Below the pieces are notes generated by a model. It was given only the letters and a program-made list of their open reading frames with translations. It was not told the DNA's origin and did not search any database. 44,680 nt of DNA from Candidatus Micrarchaeales archaeon (GTDB lineage: Archaea > Micrarchaeota > Micrarchaeia > Micrarchaeales > CABMGC01). Below, piece by piece: positions 41,505 through 44,680 of the stretch; within the stretch, counting starts at the first letter, position 1, and each line of letters begins with the position of its first letter. The position numbers and the translations under genes are program-made. The DNA lies in the NCBI GenBank assembly GCA_050749785.1, contig JBOGSA010000007.1, positions 1 through 44,680 on the forward strand. Direction: 5' to 3'.

Positions 41505-42035
41505 GTGATAACTTTGCCAAAGCGCGTATTATTCAGATGGGGGAGCCATACTGTAGAGGAAGAAGAGGTAAAAGTGAAAGGCAAGAAGATTACAATAAGA
41601 CGGGTCACCAGTAAAAATTCAGTATGTATTATGCCCATATTTGGAAAGGACAGCATTCTGATTGAGAGACAATACAGGAAGGGAATCAATAAATACATCT
41701 ACGAACTCCCTGCCGGCCAGATGGAGAAGGGTGAAAAGCCAATCAACGCAGCAAGAAGGGAACTCGAAGAGGAGACAGGATACAGAGCAGGAAAGCTCAA
41801 GTTCCTCTTCAAGACATACCTAAATCCGGGCCTAGAAACCGAGGTGGTGCACCACTTCCTTGCGAGCGATCTGGTAAAGACAAAGCAGGGCACAGATGAG
41901 GACGAATACATAACCCCCATCATAATGAAGATGTCCCAGATAGTTAAAATGATAAAGAAACAGCAAATAAGGGACAACGACACGCTTGTGGGGATACTGC
42001 ACTACCTAATGATGCAGTCAAAAAAGCGAAGATAA
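41505..42035 (+). CDS. NUDIX hydrolase (ADP-ribose pyrophosphatase-like)
   Basis: Nudix box: LPAGQMEKGEKPINAARRELEEETGY. Confidence 0.85.
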   Translation: MITLPKRVLFRWGSHTVEEEEVKVKGKKITIRRVTSKNSVCIMPIFGKDSILIERQYRKGINKYIYELPAGQMEKGEKPINAARRELEEETGYRAGKLKFLFKTYLNPGLETEVVHHFLASDLVKTKQGTDEDEYITPIIMKMSQIVKMIKKQQIRDNDTLVGILHYLMMQSKKRR

Positions 42036-42036
42036 A

Positions 42037-43140
42037 TTATTGGAGACACCACTTTTCTATCACTGATCTAAAAGTGTTTGTTGCCCTTTTGAGGTTCTCC
42101 ATCCTTACATATTCGTTCGGCGTGTGGCTAAGCTTGCTTTCACCAGGACCGTAAACCACACATTCGATACCAGCAGTGCGGCCATAAAGTTCCGCTTCCG
42201 TATAAGTCCTTGCATAATATGTTTGCGCTTTAGTTATCCCCTTTAGCATTTTCACAAATTTTGACTTTGGATCTATCGCATATGGCTCGCGTGCGACTTT
42301 TACATCAATGCACGCTTTTGGGTCATGGCGTTTTGCAAGTTTTCTTATCTGTGAAAGCGCAGTAGCAGTGTTGCCTCCAGGTGCAATCCTTCTATCTATG
42401 TGGACTTCGCAGTAATCCGGTATTACATTGCCGGCAACCCCACCATTGATCCTGGTAATTGCCATCGTGTCTTTCCTTGCCATTGTGTCAACTGCTCTTC
42501 CTTCTCCAGTTTTTCCAATATCATTTACAAATGCGCTAGCCTTTGCTATGGCATTATCACCTAGCCAAGGGGATGATCCATGTGCCATACTCCCAGTGAA
42601 TCCAACTTTAACGCCCAATATACCTTTCTGCCCTATGCGTATTTTCAGATTGCTTGGCTCTGCTATTATCCCATATTTTACGTCCTTGAATATCCCCTTC
42701 CTCTTTTCTAGTAGATATCGTGACCCCTTGAACTTGGATTCCTCATCTGCCACAAAAGCAAGCAGCAGTCTTCTCCTGAACCTGTCTACATTAATCCCTT
42801 CCAGCGAAGCAAGGATTGAGGCTATGCCACCTTTCATATCTGCTGCGCCTCTGCCATATACCTTGCCGTTTTGTACCGTTGCAAATTTATTAACGCTGTT
42901 GCTAGGAAACGGTACAGTGTCAATGTGCCCATTTAGCATCATACCTTCTCCTTTTCCGATGTTTGCGATGAGGTTAGCTCTGCTAGGTTCAAATTCTATC
43001 ATTTGTGATTCTATCCCTAAACCTTTCAGGTATCCCTGTATGAATTTTGCCGCCTCAATCTCACGTCCTGGGGGATTTTCAGTGTTTATATTAATTAATT
43101 CCTTGGTGAGGCTGACAACAGTGGGCGTGCGCCTTTCCAT
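42037..43140 (-). CDS. M20-family metallopeptidase (ArgE/DapE/LysK-type deacylase)
   Basis: LNGHIDTVP, GRGAADMKGG, FVADEESK and MAHGSSP motifs. Confidence 0.8.
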   Translation of the reverse strand: MERRTPTVVSLTKELININTENPPGREIEAAKFIQGYLKGLGIESQMIEFEPSRANLIANIGKGEGMMLNGHIDTVPFPSNSVNKFATVQNGKVYGRGAADMKGGIASILASLEGINVDRFRRRLLLAFVADEESKFKGSRYLLEKRKGIFKDVKYGIIAEPSNLKIRIGQKGILGVKVGFTGSMAHGSSPWLGDNAIAKASAFVNDIGKTGEGRAVDTMARKDTMAITRINGGVAGNVIPDYCEVHIDRRIAPGGNTATALSQIRKLAKRHDPKACIDVKVAREPYAIDPKSKFVKMLKGITKAQTYYARTYTEAELYGRTAGIECVVYGPGESKLSHTPNEYVRMENLKRATNTFRSVIEKWCLQ

Positions 43141-43161
43141 GCTTATTAGATGGCAGCAATT

Positions 43162-43896
43162 TTATATAAAATCGAGCTTTGCTGCAACAATAAGTGCATC
43201 TCCATTATCCTGGTCCATTCCAATCTCTCTGAACCTGCTCTGTATTTTTGCTACCGCAGAGTCTGCATCATCTATTGGATATGTGCCTAGCCTGCCTTCT
43301 CTATAAATACACTTGCATATCCCTGTTTTCTCCTCTATATTAGCGTTGCGTAGTTCGGCAGTCTGTGTCTTGAGCGACTGGAGAATCTCTCTATTTATTC
43401 CTGTGGAATAATCATCATCAATAGGTAATATCGACTTTGGCTTGAGACCACGGAGCATCTTTATTAGATTGGGGTTCTGCGTTCTGCCAGCAATTATCCT
43501 GCTTTGGGTTGTCTCTACTGCCTGTTGCACAAGTGTTCTACCAAGGCCTAATCCCTGACGTGTAAATCCAATAGAATCGATGAAAAGTATATTGCCTGCG
43601 CTGCACCCAGCATTCTCAAATATCGCATATCCGATTCTCTCTGATCCTGCTTCATTCTCAACGAGATAGCCAAAACTTATTTCCTTTATCCTAACCAGGA
43701 CCTTCTCCACAGGCCAACAACGAGAAGAATTGTCAGTGTTGAAAAATGCCTTGCCAAAAATTACCGATATCTCATTTGCAACTTCCTTGAGACCTTCTTC
43801 GGATAGTGATTTCGGTGTGAAGGCAAGCAATTCGCTCTTTATGCCCGTAGCGGATTGTACTGAAGACCTTACAAATCCCTTGCTTGCAAACATCAT
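43162..43896 (-). CDS. GNAT-family N-acetyltransferase-like protein
   Basis: IDSIGFTRQGLGLGRTLVQQAV fits the acetyl-CoA-binding R/Q-x-x-G-x-G/A motif. Confidence 0.55.
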   Translation of the reverse strand: MMFASKGFVRSSVQSATGIKSELLAFTPKSLSEEGLKEVANEISVIFGKAFFNTDNSSRCWPVEKVLVRIKEISFGYLVENEAGSERIGYAIFENAGCSAGNILFIDSIGFTRQGLGLGRTLVQQAVETTQSRIIAGRTQNPNLIKMLRGLKPKSILPIDDDYSTGINREILQSLKTQTAELRNANIEEKTGICKCIYREGRLGTYPIDDADSAVAKIQSRFREIGMDQDNGDALIVAAKLDFI

Positions 43897-44011
43897 TTAC
43901 ACCAGTTTTCATAATATTATTGTTTTCTGGTTTTATAAACCAGATCCAGTTTTTGTACCCTCCGAAATCTTCCTCGAAAGGTTTTTAGCTTTGGAAAACC
44001 CACAACTTTTC

Positions 44012-44557
44012 ATGAGGAAATTACAGATAGGAGTCATGGGCTCGGTGAGCGACCTAAACTACTCAAAAGTTGCAGAAAAAGCCGCAGAGGAGCTCGGATA
44101 CCAAATTGCCAAAAACGACGCCATACTCTTCTTCGGGGCAGAGAAGGATTACGATTCGCTCTCAACAGCTGCGTGTAGGGGGGCAAAAAGGGCGAAAGGC
44201 CTTGTCGTTGGCGTAACTTATGGGAAACACAAGGATATTTGGCAGAAGGATGCCGATATAATAATACCTTCTGGCTTGGAACGCGGAGGAGGGCGAGAGC
44301 TCGTCCTTACACTTTCATGCGATGCAATAATATCAATAAGCGGCGGTTCAGGAACCCTTACCGAACTCGCTATCGCATACCAAGCCGACATACCAATGAT
44401 AGCGCTCAAGGGCTATGGGGGGTGGTCTGACGAGCTATCCGGAAAATTCTTTGACGCAAGGAAGAGAAGAAAGGTTATAGGCGCATCTACACCAAAGGAA
44501 GCCGTCAAAATTGCAATAGCCGAGGCCAAGAAGTATAGAGAAAAATACGAAAAATAA
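44012..44557 (+). CDS. LOG/TIGR00725-family Rossmann-fold nucleotide-binding protein
   Basis: The ATG at 44012 gives MRKLQIGVMGS.... The ISGGSGTLTELA motif (GGxGTxxE) is present. The longer track ORF from 43730 overlaps the GNAT gene antisense. Confidence 0.7.
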   Translation: MRKLQIGVMGSVSDLNYSKVAEKAAEELGYQIAKNDAILFFGAEKDYDSLSTAACRGAKRAKGLVVGVTYGKHKDIWQKDADIIIPSGLERGGGRELVLTLSCDAIISISGGSGTLTELAIAYQADIPMIALKGYGGWSDELSGKFFDARKRRKVIGASTPKEAVKIAIAEAKKYREKYEK

Positions 44558-44680
44558 CAATTATCGGCTCTGTAGAAATCCTATGAAAACAGATACATTG
44601 TGGTTCATGTATCTGTGAATATTGTAAACAATATCGGTCACCTTCATTTCTCTTCTCTGCATTTTCAAAAGCCTGCTTCT

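Noticed and set aside
42428-43306. A 292-aa ORF on the + strand, one of the longest in the track.
   Set aside because: It lies entirely antisense to the well-supported M20 peptidase gene (42037-43140). Its composition is Ser/Pro/Leu/Ile-rich low complexity, typical of shadow ORFs, and it has no motif. The same reasoning applies to 709-1317(-), 3626-4090(+), 5708-6187(+), 24675-25151(-), 25908-26282(-), 28803-29231(+), 33683-34114(+), 34681-35127(-), 35796-36200(+), 9859-10272(+) and the other short antisense ORFs in the track.
44561-44680. An open minus-strand frame entering from beyond the window end (...EMKVTDIVYNIHRYMNHNVSVFIGFLQSR, stop at 44563-44561).
   Set aside because: Only about 39 codons are visible and no motif is present. 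It may be the 3' end of a real gene, but it cannot be supported from this window.

Overview
This is an archaeal chromosomal segment. Archaeal markers include TFB paralogs, MCM, Kae1 and Bud32, RtcB, and an rpoD-L18e-L13-S9-rpoN-S2 cluster. The window also holds class III signal-peptide pilin-like proteins and a P-loop intein. The gene content and the odd tRNAs suggest a small-genome DPANN or Micrarchaeota-like lineage, but that placement is inference only.

Most of the window is housekeeping:
- class II LysRS, MetRS and pyruvate kinase
- a bacterial-type grpE-dnaK-dnaJ operon
- PGI/PMI, RNase HI, a presenilin-like protease and six tRNAs

I saw no rRNA and no CRISPR array.

The clear accessory region is a 6.2-kb AT-rich insertion at 12365-18584. 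It lies between a small HEAT-like gene and rpoD. It is bounded by 14/16 terminal inverted repeats and a 9-10 bp direct duplication. It carries a hypothetical gene pair, a type II R-M pair, a SWIM/DDE transposase and a translationally coupled AbrB-wHTH-DUF488 plus Cys/His-protein module. That module sits beside an array of 12-bp palindromes.

Other items worth a second look:
- a TFB-related protein built from at least 8 tandem cyclin repeats
- two tRNAs with 13-14 nt insertions at the same T-loop position
- a LAGLIDADG intein splitting the GKT of a TPR-AAA ATPase
- a pyruvate kinase whose conserved N-terminus lies upstream of any canonical start codon
- a half-length 3-dehydroquinate synthase II
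- a second AT-rich islet next to tRNA-His encoding a 2H phosphoesterase

All product calls come from motif recognition by eye. No database search was run.
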